DNA of 64,000 nt, from positions 288,001 to 352,000 of the forward strand of contig JAKFBS010000002.1 of NCBI GenBank assembly GCA_036677065.1, written 5' to 3'. The notes below the pieces were generated by a model that was not told the origin of the DNA, searched no databases, and worked only from the letters and a program-made list of their open reading frames with translations. The position numbers were made by a program, and so were the translations under genes. Positions 40,063-49,710 of the stretch are shown one piece after another (position 1 is the first letter of the stretch; every line of letters starts with the position of its first letter). The stretch comes from Bdellovibrio sp. (lineage in GTDB: Bacteria; Bdellovibrionota; Bdellovibrionia; Bdellovibrionales; Bdellovibrionaceae).

Positions 40063-40475
40063 AAGCCCAAGAGATGGTCGCACAATTTTCAAAAGCTACT
40101 GACTGGGAACAGAAGTACGAAAAAATTATTGAGCTTGGAAAAGCTTGGCCAGGTATTCCCGAAGAATTAAAAACAGAAGATTTAAAAGTTAAAGGCTGCC
40201 AATCGCAAGTGTGGATAAAAGCAGATTTAAAAGATGGAAAAGTTTTTTTTCAAGGCGATAGTGACGCGATTATTGTGCGTGGGTTAGTGGCTCTAGTTTT
40301 GACAGTGTATTCGGGGCAAACTCCCTCTGATATCATGAAATATGATGCCAACTTTTTAAAAGAGATTGGTCTGGACTCAGGACTGTCTCCAAGTCGTACA
40401 AATGGCTTATATTCGATGTTAAAACAAATTAAGTATTATGCCACTGCTTTTGCCTATTTACTTTCAAAACAATAA
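40047..40475 (+). CDS. sufE: SufE-family sulfur acceptor
   Basis: VKGCQSQVW, DSDAIIVRGL, LSPSRTNGL. Confidence 0.92.
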   Translation: MSIEVKAQEMVAQFSKATDWEQKYEKIIELGKAWPGIPEELKTEDLKVKGCQSQVWIKADLKDGKVFFQGDSDAIIVRGLVALVLTVYSGQTPSDIMKYDANFLKEIGLDSGLSPSRTNGLYSMLKQIKYYATAFAYLLSKQ

Positions 40476-40491
40476 CCCCTAACATTAAAGA

Positions 40492-40989
40492 ATGAAGTCT
40501 AATTTATTGCTAAGGATAGCGATTTTATTCACTATTGTTTTTTCGACAATGGCCGCAGAAGCGGGCCGTATTCGAATGCGTAAAGTCAAAGATGCTCCGA
40601 AAGTTTGTGCAACGATGAATGAAGATAAATTTCTTTCTCGTGGCAGTAAACGTATTTTCGGAACCTTAAGAAACAGTGTAATTATTGAACAAGATATCTC
40701 GCTGGTTAACGATTTGGGTAAAAAAATCTGCCAATGGCCGACAAACCGCTGGGAAGCTTTAGGTGATCTTTCTAAATACAACTTTTATATCGACGAGCAA
40801 AGAAATGCGCTTTATCCGTATATGAAAGCTGAAAATCAATACCAGTTTGTTAAAATCAGTTTAGATGATTGTTCTTTAAGTGAAGTACAAACCACTGATA
40901 AATTAGAACTACCAAAGTGCGAAGCTAAAAAGAAAGCCCGCTCCAAGTCTAAGCGTAAAGTGGCCAGCAATAATCGTTCAAGAGCTTAA
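40492..40989 (+). CDS. Hypothetical secreted protein with basic tail
   Basis: Signal peptide, 4 Cys, Lys/Arg-rich C-terminus. Confidence 0.7.
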   Translation: MKSNLLLRIAILFTIVFSTMAAEAGRIRMRKVKDAPKVCATMNEDKFLSRGSKRIFGTLRNSVIIEQDISLVNDLGKKICQWPTNRWEALGDLSKYNFYIDEQRNALYPYMKAENQYQFVKISLDDCSLSEVQTTDKLELPKCEAKKKARSKSKRKVASNNRSRA

Positions 40990-40995
40990 TTTAGT

Positions 40996-41817
40996 TTAAA
41001 ATTTATAAGTCACAACAAAATAGTGTCCCACTCCGGAAGTGTCTCCGCCGAATCCTCCATCTTTTAGCAGACCCATGTCTTTATAGACCTTCATGCCATA
41101 GCCGGCAGAATAAAGCTCTGAATGCCAGTATAAACCGTTGTACCAAGCAATTGAGCTGCTGGTGCGATTCATGTCATCTGAGATTTTATTGGCGGCGAAA
41201 GTGTAATCAAAGAAACCTTGATAAGTTATATAGCTCTTATCGGCGGCAACATAAAAAGGTTTAAACCAGCTTGTCGATAATAAATATCCGTCAAACTTTC
41301 CTTCGTTGGCCGCGCCGAAATTTTCTCGAACATAGCGGGCCATTATTTTAGGTGTTAGCTTTCCGAACCATGGCGCTTGTACATCGGCTCCAAAGCCAAT
41401 GAAGTGTTCAAATAAGGACCTGTCGCCTATATTTGTTTGAGTTGCAATATACCACTCTGTAATTGGCCCTATCGACAGATCATGCCCGGTAACTGCATCG
41501 AGAGACAGCTTGGGGGCAAACTTAAAAAAAAGATTATCTTTGTTGTGAAGATCACTTTTTGAAGAATCAAAAATATCCAGCACATCCAGAAAACCATAAA
41601 CTTCAAAAAAGCGGGAGCGTCCGCCAAACTCCAATTCAAAAAACGTGTCATTTTTGCTGTTGAAAGGAAGTTTGTTGTTCACGCTCTGCAAGAGGCTGAA
41701 TTGAAACCATTTATTATCGTTTTTATGAATGTTATCAGAGTAGTCAGCGCAAAAGCTTTTATAGCTGTAAAAAAAGCAGAAAATAAGCGTCAGTAGAGAT
41801 AAATATTTTTTAAACAT
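40996..41817 (-). CDS. Tsx/OmpK-family nucleoside-specific outer-membrane channel
   Basis: ELEFGGRS..YGFLDV, FFKFAPKLSLD, WFKPF, YQGFFDY, C-terminal YKF; GAGG RBS. Confidence 0.85.
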   Translation of the reverse strand: MFKKYLSLLTLIFCFFYSYKSFCADYSDNIHKNDNKWFQFSLLQSVNNKLPFNSKNDTFFELEFGGRSRFFEVYGFLDVLDIFDSSKSDLHNKDNLFFKFAPKLSLDAVTGHDLSIGPITEWYIATQTNIGDRSLFEHFIGFGADVQAPWFGKLTPKIMARYVRENFGAANEGKFDGYLLSTSWFKPFYVAADKSYITYQGFFDYTFAANKISDDMNRTSSSIAWYNGLYWHSELYSAGYGMKVYKDMGLLKDGGFGGDTSGVGHYFVVTYKF

Positions 41818-41849
41818 GTGCGCACCTCATTGAATTTAAAATTCACTAG

Positions 41850-43295
41850 TTAATGGGGTAAAAAAACTTTTTGCAGTCGACCAGTTTTTTTTGACTTTAA
41901 GACTGCGGCGTTGATGTCAGTAATTTTCAAATCAGATTTTTTAGATGAAGCACATTTTACGTTAATCGGATCAATTTCAAACGGAGCTTCCTGTAAGTTC
42001 GAATGTTTTTTTCTATAATAATTATATTCTAAATTATTCAACACAATATATTGAACGCGCTCAGAAAGAAGTTTTGCTATATTGTCCGCTCCGGAAATCG
42101 CATCTTCACGTTTAATGCGACCATCTTTAAAATATGGACTCAGCGCCGGGTAGACAAAACCAAGAGCAGTGCCGAGTGTTCTTCCTTTCAAGTCTTTTAA
42201 AGATTTCAAGTGAAGATCCGACATAGTTTTTTTTAGGCCAACGATAAGATTAGATTGTTTGAAAATTGGAATACTCCAATTGTAATCTTTCGCATAACTT
42301 CCGGCCCAGGCTTCTGTGTTGTAACAGACTAGTTCGATTACACCGTCGGCAAGTTCAGAGTCTAGCCTTTTTCTGGGGGATAACATAAAGCGAATAGGTC
42401 GCTTAAGTTTTCTTCCGATCTCAAGGCCTAAATCAAAAAAAAGCCCACCCTGAATGATCGGGGTTTCAGTGCTGTTATCAAACTGTAAAAATGGAGGAGA
42501 ATTGTTGTCATTCATCCCGTACATAATCGGTCGGGGTATCGTTTTTGAATTTGAGTACCGGGTATATATTTTTTGAAATTCTTTTTTGTTTTTAAGATTG
42601 GCTATCGCTTTATTTAATTTCTTTAACGGTACCGAAGATTTTTTAGAAAGCGAACACTGGATCTCACTTTTATTAAGAGTAAATGAACTTTTTTGCAACT
42701 GGGGATAAATTGTCTTATAAAAATTAAATTCAATTTCACTCATGACGATGTGATCAATGCGATTATCAAGCAGTTTTTTTAAACTTTCGGTAACTGTAGC
42801 AGAATCGTCTCTTTGTAAAACCTTATTCTTAAATTTTTCTTCTAACTCATGGTAAAAAACTTTTTCAACGGTTCCAATTGTGATGTTAGTTACATGTTCA
42901 GGATTTTTAAATTGAATCTCTTTTATACCAACTAAGACATCTGAGTTGGTATAAAGGGTGTTGCTCCATAAAAATTCATCTTTAAAAGCAGAATTCCATT
43001 CAGAGCTGCTGTGGCAAACAAGATCAAGATTACCCTCTTTTAAGTCCTGAATCATTTTTGATCCGGGTAAAGGTAAAACTGAGTAATCTTGATTTAAATC
43101 TTCAGCGATGGCCACGGTGACTTCGTAAATAAACCCACCAGTTGCCAAGGAAAAATTAGGATCATCAAATTGGTATAAAAGGGGCGCGGTAGAGCTCTTA
43201 TCAATCCCAAATTTAATATGAGCAGCGCCGGCTTCTGAGGTTAAGTGTGAGACAAGAACGTAAATTGAGATAAAGAAAAATAAGAACTTTTTCAC
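41850..43295 (-). CDS. Tandem family-3 periplasmic substrate-binding protein
   Basis: Signal peptide plus two internally similar PBP domains (G..DLVCH / G..ELVCY; WSNTLY / WSIPIF; CSLSKKS / CASSKKS). Confidence 0.8.
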   Translation of the reverse strand: MKKFLFFFISIYVLVSHLTSEAGAAHIKFGIDKSSTAPLLYQFDDPNFSLATGGFIYEVTVAIAEDLNQDYSVLPLPGSKMIQDLKEGNLDLVCHSSSEWNSAFKDEFLWSNTLYTNSDVLVGIKEIQFKNPEHVTNITIGTVEKVFYHELEEKFKNKVLQRDDSATVTESLKKLLDNRIDHIVMSEIEFNFYKTIYPQLQKSSFTLNKSEIQCSLSKKSSVPLKKLNKAIANLKNKKEFQKIYTRYSNSKTIPRPIMYGMNDNNSPPFLQFDNSTETPIIQGGLFFDLGLEIGRKLKRPIRFMLSPRKRLDSELADGVIELVCYNTEAWAGSYAKDYNWSIPIFKQSNLIVGLKKTMSDLHLKSLKDLKGRTLGTALGFVYPALSPYFKDGRIKREDAISGADNIAKLLSERVQYIVLNNLEYNYYRKKHSNLQEAPFEIDPINVKCASSKKSDLKITDINAAVLKSKKTGRLQKVFLPH

Positions 43296-43527
43296 ACTGT
43301 GAAGATAAAATATTCTGATCTGATTAGCTATTTCAAACTTAATTCATAACGAGAGCTGGCAAATAGCGGGGTTACTTACCTCGTTAATTTTTTTTGTTCA
43401 TGCGAAGAATATGTCTCTTAGCCCATCAATTTCACAGACTTTTAACATGAGCCTGCGAGTAGGGGTTTTGAAATTTATTTTTTTAACATTGATTCGAAGC
43501 AGTTTTGTGACATAAAGTCATGTCTGG

Positions 43528-43911
43528 GTGATAACTATGATGCCAAAAGCTTCAGGAAAAATTTTAATTATAGAAGACGATAAAGATATCGCTTTTGTTT
43601 TAAAAACAATTATCGAGCTGGATGGTTATACCGCGTTGATTGCAGAAAACGGCAAGATTGCACTTGATTTAATCAAGAGTGATGGTCCTTTCCAATTGAT
43701 ATTTCTCGATATGCAGATGCCTGTCATGAATGGCTGGCTCTTTGCTGAAAATTTTTATAGTTTATATGGTCATGCTTCGCCAATCGTTGTTATGACCGCA
43801 GCCGCAGACAGCAAGCAAAGAGCAAAAGAAGTTAATGCAAATGACTGTTTGGCTAAGCCCTTTGAAGTCACAGATTTTCAGGCCATGGTTCAAAAATATC
43901 TTCCCCATTGA
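43528..43911 (+). CDS. Stand-alone response regulator (receiver only)
   Basis: ILIIEDD, FLDMQMPVMNG, MTA, AKPF; start may be 43537/43540. Confidence 0.9.
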   Translation: MITMMPKASGKILIIEDDKDIAFVLKTIIELDGYTALIAENGKIALDLIKSDGPFQLIFLDMQMPVMNGWLFAENFYSLYGHASPIVVMTAAADSKQRAKEVNANDCLAKPFEVTDFQAMVQKYLPH

Positions 43912-43921
43912 ATGAGCGTAT

Positions 43922-45331
43922 ATGAAGTTGCCAATAGTAAGATCAATTGTATTTTACGTTAGCATACTGCTGGTTGTTACAGTAACGCTGGCTCTTGGCG
44001 TATATGGTTTTCTGAATTATTCAGAGATCAAAAATAGTCGCATCAGTAATCTAAAATCGAATCTTTCAATCCAAACCAGTCAGCTATCAATTGCTTTGGC
44101 GCTACCTGGCTGGAATCTTGACAACTTCGGAGTAGATAGAATTATCGACAGCTTTTTGTTGGATCGTAATATCAGTGCCGTCGTCGTAGATGTGGGCGAT
44201 GAAGAAAAAAGTATTCGAATTCGAGATTCTGATTGGCAGATCGTAACGAGTAAAACGGTTCCACTGTTAACCGAAGAATTTAAAGAAGAAAAAGAGATTG
44301 TTTTTAAAAATGAAGTTATTGGTTCTGTGCAAGTCTATGTTACGCCAAAGTTTATACAACAAGAACTCATTGGAATAGTTATTCGAATCGTATTCTTTAC
44401 GGTCGTCCTTGATTTGGTGCTTGTTTTGCTTCTGTATTTTCTTTTAAGCCGTAATGTGCTGAAGCCATTAACCGAAATTGAGCGCTATGCGCTGGCTGTG
44501 AGCTCTACGGGGGCTGTTCCTAATTTACAAATGGGTCGATATTTTTTAACTGAATTGCGAAGTCTTACAGTTTCTATCGAAGATATGGTGACCCAATTGA
44601 TTAAAGCTAAATCAGATGCAGAACTGATCGGTAATATCAAAAGCCAATTTCTGGATATTGCGGCTCATGAATTGAAAACTCCGGTAACGGCACTTGGCTT
44701 ATTGGTTGATATGGCAAATGTTTACGTGAGTAAAGGCATGCCACTTGGTAAGTCTGATCTGGAAAGAATTAAAAAACAGACTCATCGTCTTAAAACTCTT
44801 CTGGAAGATCTTTTAGATGTGTCGCGAATGGAAAGAGGATTTCTTGTTATGCGGCCGGTTCACACGGATATAGTGGCCTTAGTCAGCGAGAGCGTGGATG
44901 ATTACAGAAATCAAGTGCCTTCTCGCAATTTTATTTTTACGAAACCAGACGCTGTAATTATTCTTGATATTGATCCTGAAAGAATTAACCAAGTTCTTGG
45001 AAATCTTTTAAATAATGCCATTCACTACTCACCTGAGGGAAGTCCGATAGAAGTGTCAATTAGTGCTTCAGAAAAAGTTATCAGGGTGTCTATCAAAGAT
45101 TACGGTCCGGGGATTTCAGAAAAGCTTCAGACAAAATTATTTACCAGATTTTTTAGAGTTATCTCAAATGAATCGGCTATTCATCCGGGGCTTGGTTTGG
45201 GCCTGTATATCAGTCGTTCGATAATTGAAATGCATGGCGGAGTCATAGGTGTAAACAGCGAAGAAGGGCATGGAAGCACCTTTTATTTCGACTTGCCACG
45301 CGTGCGTAGCGGAACTCCTGAATTTAATTAG
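43922..45331 (+). CDS. Membrane sensor histidine kinase
   Basis: 2 TMs, HAMP-like region, H-box AAHELKTP, N box LLNNAIHY, DYGPGI, GLGLGL. Confidence 0.92.
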   Translation: MKLPIVRSIVFYVSILLVVTVTLALGVYGFLNYSEIKNSRISNLKSNLSIQTSQLSIALALPGWNLDNFGVDRIIDSFLLDRNISAVVVDVGDEEKSIRIRDSDWQIVTSKTVPLLTEEFKEEKEIVFKNEVIGSVQVYVTPKFIQQELIGIVIRIVFFTVVLDLVLVLLLYFLLSRNVLKPLTEIERYALAVSSTGAVPNLQMGRYFLTELRSLTVSIEDMVTQLIKAKSDAELIGNIKSQFLDIAAHELKTPVTALGLLVDMANVYVSKGMPLGKSDLERIKKQTHRLKTLLEDLLDVSRMERGFLVMRPVHTDIVALVSESVDDYRNQVPSRNFIFTKPDAVIILDIDPERINQVLGNLLNNAIHYSPEGSPIEVSISASEKVIRVSIKDYGPGISEKLQTKLFTRFFRVISNESAIHPGLGLGLYISRSIIEMHGGVIGVNSEEGHGSTFYFDLPRVRSGTPEFN

Positions 45332-46112
45332 GGCGTAATGTCGTAGCGATCTTCCATAACTTAAATTGCTCAGATTGCTTGAATTTACTGAGTAAAGCAT
45401 TAATCTCTTGCACCGAAGGCCGAATATTTTTTCTTACAATCACAGTGTGTAAATAATGTTGATCAACCTTGTTTGAAATTAAAATCTTGGCACGAGCTTC
45501 TGGGTGGGTGATAAAATACCAACTCAAAAATGCATCCGACACGATGGCGATATCACCGCGATCGCGAAGGATCATTTTAACGCTTCCTTCGTTGCTGGTC
45601 GATGCTTGCATATTGAATTTTTCACGCAAGTAACTGACATCTGCATTAAAGTTTGCAAAGCCATAGTGATAACCTAGCATTCCAACCATGGATTTGCCAG
45701 TGAAGTCGGTGAAGTAGTCTTGCCCGCGTCCCGGCTTCATTTTAGCGATGTAGATTTCTTTTCCACGCATGTAAACCATCGATGCGTCCACGTCGGCTTT
45801 ATCCCAGCCCCATTTAATATTATCAAAAAAGCTCAGATCATAAGAGCCATTTTTGAAGTCGCGGATTTTTCGCATGGCCGATGTTTGAACGGGCTCGAAT
45901 TTGTAGGTGCTCTGAACAGAGTTCATGTAATCCAGCATCTCTATGATCATGCCGCCGGTTTTGCCGTTGGCTTCAACTTCAATGTAGGGCGGAAAATGAA
46001 CCACGCCAACTTTTACAATCAATGGTTTTTTATGAGCAGGAGTGTCAGCCCAAGCATCGCTTGGGTTCATTGAAGACAGTAAGCAAAAGATAGCTGCTAT
46101 TAGTAATTTCAT
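45324..46112 (-). CDS. Family-3 periplasmic substrate-binding protein
   Basis: Signal peptide; FPPY; GMLGYHYGFA; RGDIAIV. Confidence 0.8.
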   Translation of the reverse strand: MKLLIAAIFCLLSSMNPSDAWADTPAHKKPLIVKVGVVHFPPYIEVEANGKTGGMIIEMLDYMNSVQSTYKFEPVQTSAMRKIRDFKNGSYDLSFFDNIKWGWDKADVDASMVYMRGKEIYIAKMKPGRGQDYFTDFTGKSMVGMLGYHYGFANFNADVSYLREKFNMQASTSNEGSVKMILRDRGDIAIVSDAFLSWYFITHPEARAKILISNKVDQHYLHTVIVRKNIRPSVQEINALLSKFKQSEQFKLWKIATTLRPN

Positions 46113-46118
46113 TTCTTT

Positions 46119-46820
46119 TTATAAAGTCGCGTAAACTTTATGGGTGTCATCAAGATCATCTACGGCCTGTAGAAATTCTTGAACTTCTTTAGCCTGAGCT
46201 TCGCTTAATGTGGCATGATCTTTAGCTTTGTAACCTAAGTACGCTGAAGTTATTGTCCAGCCACGAGCCTTAAGTGCATCGTTCACAGACATCAGACCAT
46301 CAGCAGGTGTAATAAATTCGTAAGATCCATCATCGTTTTTCGAAGCGTCGTCTGCACCTGCTTCGATAGCTTCTTCATCGATATCAAAACTTCCTGATTT
46401 TGTTGCTTCAATAAATCCACAACGTAAAAACATCCAGGCAACTGAACCTGTCTCGCCAAGATTACCGTCGTGTTTTTTAAATACCGAACGCATCTCTGGA
46501 GCCGTTCTATGTTTGTTATCGGTTTGGCATTCAACGATTACGCCTACGCCGTGCGGAGCATAACCTTCGTAAGTTAATTCTTCGATGATTTTTCCGTCAT
46601 CTAATAAACCCGCACCTTTTTTAATAGCACGGTCAATTGTATCATTCGGGCAAGAAATCTTTTTTGCCACATCAATAGCTAAACGAAGACGGGCATTCAT
46701 ATCAGGATTCGGGCCTCCTGCTTTTGCGGCTACCGAGATCTCTCGGGCAGCTTTTGTGAACAATTGCCCTTTTTTCTGAGCATTCTCTGATTTGCCGGCG
46801 GCTTTCCAACCTTTTCCCAT
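46119..46820 (-). CDS. YebC/PmpR family protein
   Basis: YEGYAPHGV, TDNKHRT, GSVAWMF. Confidence 0.93.
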   Translation of the reverse strand: MGKGWKAAGKSENAQKKGQLFTKAAREISVAAKAGGPNPDMNARLRLAIDVAKKISCPNDTIDRAIKKGAGLLDDGKIIEELTYEGYAPHGVGVIVECQTDNKHRTAPEMRSVFKKHDGNLGETGSVAWMFLRCGFIEATKSGSFDIDEEAIEAGADDASKNDDGSYEFITPADGLMSVNDALKARGWTITSAYLGYKAKDHATLSEAQAKEVQEFLQAVDDLDDTHKVYATL

Positions 46821-46926
46821 TCAATAAACTCCTAATTAAAAGAGACCATGTTAAAACTTACCTTAAGGGTTTGTCTAGGGATGAGCTTGCGCGCGAAGCG
46901 ATTTTGGACTATTTCATTAACTGTAT

Positions 46927-47700
46927 ATGTGGGCTTTTGCTGAAAAAAACATCTTTAAAAAAATCGAAATGGTTAAGAATATGACCACTTTAGATAATAT
47001 TGTTGGTCTATCTACAAAAGACCTAGCCCCGGCCCGTGATATCACGGTGATGCCGCTTCGTTTTCATCCAGATAAAAAAGGCCTATCGACGAACGAAGGT
47101 CAGGCCCGTATGCTGCATGATTTGGCCAATATTGAACTTCAAGCTATGGAATTAGGTCTACGCACGCTTTGTGATTTTAAAGAGGCGCCCGAGGCTTTTA
47201 AAGAAGAACTTTATGCAGTTACAAAATCTGAAGCCGATCATCTAGAAATGTGTTTAATCGAAATCGACAAGCTAGGATTTAAATGGGGAGACTGGCCAGC
47301 GCACACCGCTTTGTGGGATTGCACCAGTGCGAGTGATTCATTGTTAGATCGTATTTTGATCGTGCATCGTTATCTTGAAGGTTCAGGTCTTGATGCTGGT
47401 GATACTTTAATTCGTCGTTTAAAAGGCGTTGATGCAAAATCAGTTTTAATGGCTGTTGAAAGAATTAACCGCGAAGAAGTCGGGCATGTCCTATTTGGCT
47501 CTGAATGGTATGTTAATATTTGTAATTTAGAAAAACTTGATCCTGAAACAGATTATCCGCAGCGTATGCGTGATTTGCGGTGGTCACTACCGAAGCGCAT
47601 GGAGCCCATTAATGTCGATATTCGTAAAAAAGCAGGTTTTACCGATTTAGAAATTAAATATCTGCAAAACTTAAGAGAATCGTTTTTAGAAAAACGCTAA
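46927..47700 (+). CDS. DUF455 ferritin-like (di-iron) protein
   Basis: HDLANIE, EADH, EGSGLDA, EEVGHV. Confidence 0.8.
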   Translation: MWAFAEKNIFKKIEMVKNMTTLDNIVGLSTKDLAPARDITVMPLRFHPDKKGLSTNEGQARMLHDLANIELQAMELGLRTLCDFKEAPEAFKEELYAVTKSEADHLEMCLIEIDKLGFKWGDWPAHTALWDCTSASDSLLDRILIVHRYLEGSGLDAGDTLIRRLKGVDAKSVLMAVERINREEVGHVLFGSEWYVNICNLEKLDPETDYPQRMRDLRWSLPKRMEPINVDIRKKAGFTDLEIKYLQNLRESFLEKR

Positions 47701-48992
47701 TAAAAATAATCGCCTTTTTCTTCGCTCCTATAGCGGCGATTAATAATTTTAAATATGTTATCATTAGCGACGCCAATAAATTCAGAGCCTAGCCGCTTTT
47801 TTAAAGAAGCGGGCTCACGTTCGATATCCGTACTCTGTTCATCCTGTGTAGGTGCTGCTGTTGTTTTTGTTTCGGATATTGCCACTGTCATCGAAGATGT
47901 TTCTTCTGTACTTTTGACTGTGACATTTGCCAGAGCCGCATTGGTAGAGTTAGTTGCGGCGGGCGTCACAGATGTAAGATTCGACAAACCTTTGTCCTTA
48001 AGTTTATTCAAATCTGAAAAATCATTCTTTGAATAAACACCGCCACCTTTAACTGAAATTGATCCATCTGTATTTGTTGAATATAAATTCTGCGCTGCTA
48101 CTGTAATACCTTTGGTTCCTGCATATTTTTGTTTTAAAATTCCTCGAACGGCTTGTTGAAGCTGTGAAGACGGGGGAGTTGCATTGCGTGATAAATTCAA
48201 ACATCCCGGTGCGCTAGGTGGACTGCATAAACCTGTCAGAGGATCATAGGAAATTGCAGTAAGCGGAGAAGAAGTAACTCCAGGAATTACCGTAACGGTA
48301 ATTCCTGACACCGAAGTGACCACACTTCCGGTAAAAAAAGCGAGAGCTCTATCTAGAGCGCTTTCACAATTTTCTTGGCTCGTTGTAATTTGGTTTTTTG
48401 CAATGCAGGCCACATTTCGTGCTTGCTGATGTTGATTAACCTGATCTTGAGCCTGTCTTTGAGCCAACAGATACGCGGCGCCAGTGGCATACAGCTCTGT
48501 TCTTTGGTTGTAACAGCCCGACGAAGACACCGAAGCGCATTCTCCCGCTAGCGAAAGTTTACTTAACCCTTCAGTCATTGCACTTTCTGCGGTAATTAAG
48601 TAAGTTGTTTCGCCTTCTGTATTTGCCCGCATAATTTGTGCAAGCGCTCCGACAGCCGACGTACTAGTAATGGATACAGCGTCTAACTGTTCTGTAGTTA
48701 GCGTTGCAGAGGGTGTTAAAGTGTTAATATTTACATTCTGATTGTAGATATCAGTTTGTTCACTGCTTCCGCTTGTCGGCTGCACTACCGTTGATCCACT
48801 TAAAGTAAAAGACGTGGCAGCGGCCGTACCCGAGCTTTGAGCAGATGCGCGATTGTTGGCGATACATGCATTATAACTATCTATCATAGAAGCTGTGGGA
48901 GACGAAGGTAAAGGTGTACACGCTGTATAATAGCTTTGGGCTAGTGCAAATTTTGTGAAAAATAAAACGGTAATGATTCCAAGTTTTTTCAT
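47697..48992 (-). CDS. Secreted Ser/Thr/Ala- and Cys-rich hypothetical protein
   Basis: Signal peptide; paired Cys; C-terminal REPAS...IGVANDNIFKIINRRY. Confidence 0.75.
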   Translation of the reverse strand: MKKLGIITVLFFTKFALAQSYYTACTPLPSSPTASMIDSYNACIANNRASAQSSGTAAATSFTLSGSTVVQPTSGSSEQTDIYNQNVNINTLTPSATLTTEQLDAVSITSTSAVGALAQIMRANTEGETTYLITAESAMTEGLSKLSLAGECASVSSSGCYNQRTELYATGAAYLLAQRQAQDQVNQHQQARNVACIAKNQITTSQENCESALDRALAFFTGSVVTSVSGITVTVIPGVTSSPLTAISYDPLTGLCSPPSAPGCLNLSRNATPPSSQLQQAVRGILKQKYAGTKGITVAAQNLYSTNTDGSISVKGGGVYSKNDFSDLNKLKDKGLSNLTSVTPAATNSTNAALANVTVKSTEETSSMTVAISETKTTAAPTQDEQSTDIEREPASLKKRLGSEFIGVANDNIFKIINRRYRSEEKGDYFY

Positions 48993-49082
48993 TATCGCTT
49001 AACTGATCGGTTCGGCGGTTTGTAAACATTAATTTATTTGTCTTATTTTGAGAAAAATAAACACCGAACCCAGGTATGACGG

Positions 49083-49610
49083 TTAGTTGGCTGGAAATGT
49101 ATTAAAAGTGCAGCGGTGATTGTAATCTGCAGAACTCGTTACAGTTAGCGCGGGAGTCCATTCGCGAATAAATTCGCCACGATCCCAAACTCCATTGCCG
49201 TTATCATCAATAAACTGGCGCGCAGCAAAGTAGTATGGAATGTTTGCTTTAAATGACTGTTTTAGACCTGAAGCATTGATATATGTCGTAGCTAATTCAG
49301 AACCTGCAATACCGCGATCACCGTGAACAAAACATGTCGAAAGCGAGCGGCAGTCTGTTGCAGTGTCGCCGCCCGCAGTGATTAAAAATCCTGAGTTTGG
49401 ATTTGTTATCATCCAAGTCGGTGAAGAGCTAGATACTCGCCATTCAATAGCATATCTTGAATCATATTCGGCGACCTGCAGATAACAACTGTTTGGAGTT
49501 CCTGCTCCTTGGTTTTGTTCGGTACGGCTAGCGATATAGATCTGGCGATAAGGCGCAGAAAATGCGGCTGTCGCGGATAATAAAAAAGATCCTAAAATTA
49601 ATAGTTTCAT
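49083..49610 (-). CDS. Secreted protein, paralog of the C-terminal domain of 57477..58997
   Basis: AGGAG RBS; signal peptide; shares RTEQNQGAGTPNSC, TNPNSGFLI, TCFVHGDRGI, PYYFAAR, DYNHRCTFNTFP. Confidence 0.85.
   Translation of the reverse strand: MKLLILGSFLLSATAAFSAPYRQIYIASRTEQNQGAGTPNSCYLQVAEYDSRYAIEWRVSSSSPTWMITNPNSGFLITAGGDTATDCRSLSTCFVHGDRGIAGSELATTYINASGLKQSFKANIPYYFAARQFIDDNGNGVWDRGEFIREWTPALTVTSSADYNHRCTFNTFPAN
49091..49527 (-). repeat. Inverted diverged copy of 58556-58989
   Basis: Exact blocks of 34 nt (49091-49124), 22 nt (49386-49407) and 18 nt (49510-49527). Confidence 0.9.
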
Positions 49611-49710
49611 GGTGTGGATTCTCCTAGTGCAATTTTGAATTGTTAAGAAGTAAACCGCTAGTCCAGTAGACTTTTTTTTGGTTGCCGATCTTAGAATTAA
49701 GAAACCAAAT

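Noticed and set aside
43340..43470. c-di-GMP-I riboswitch (GGCAAA seen)
   Set aside because: No GAAA tetraloop/receptor or GCAAAGC-type second element recognisable
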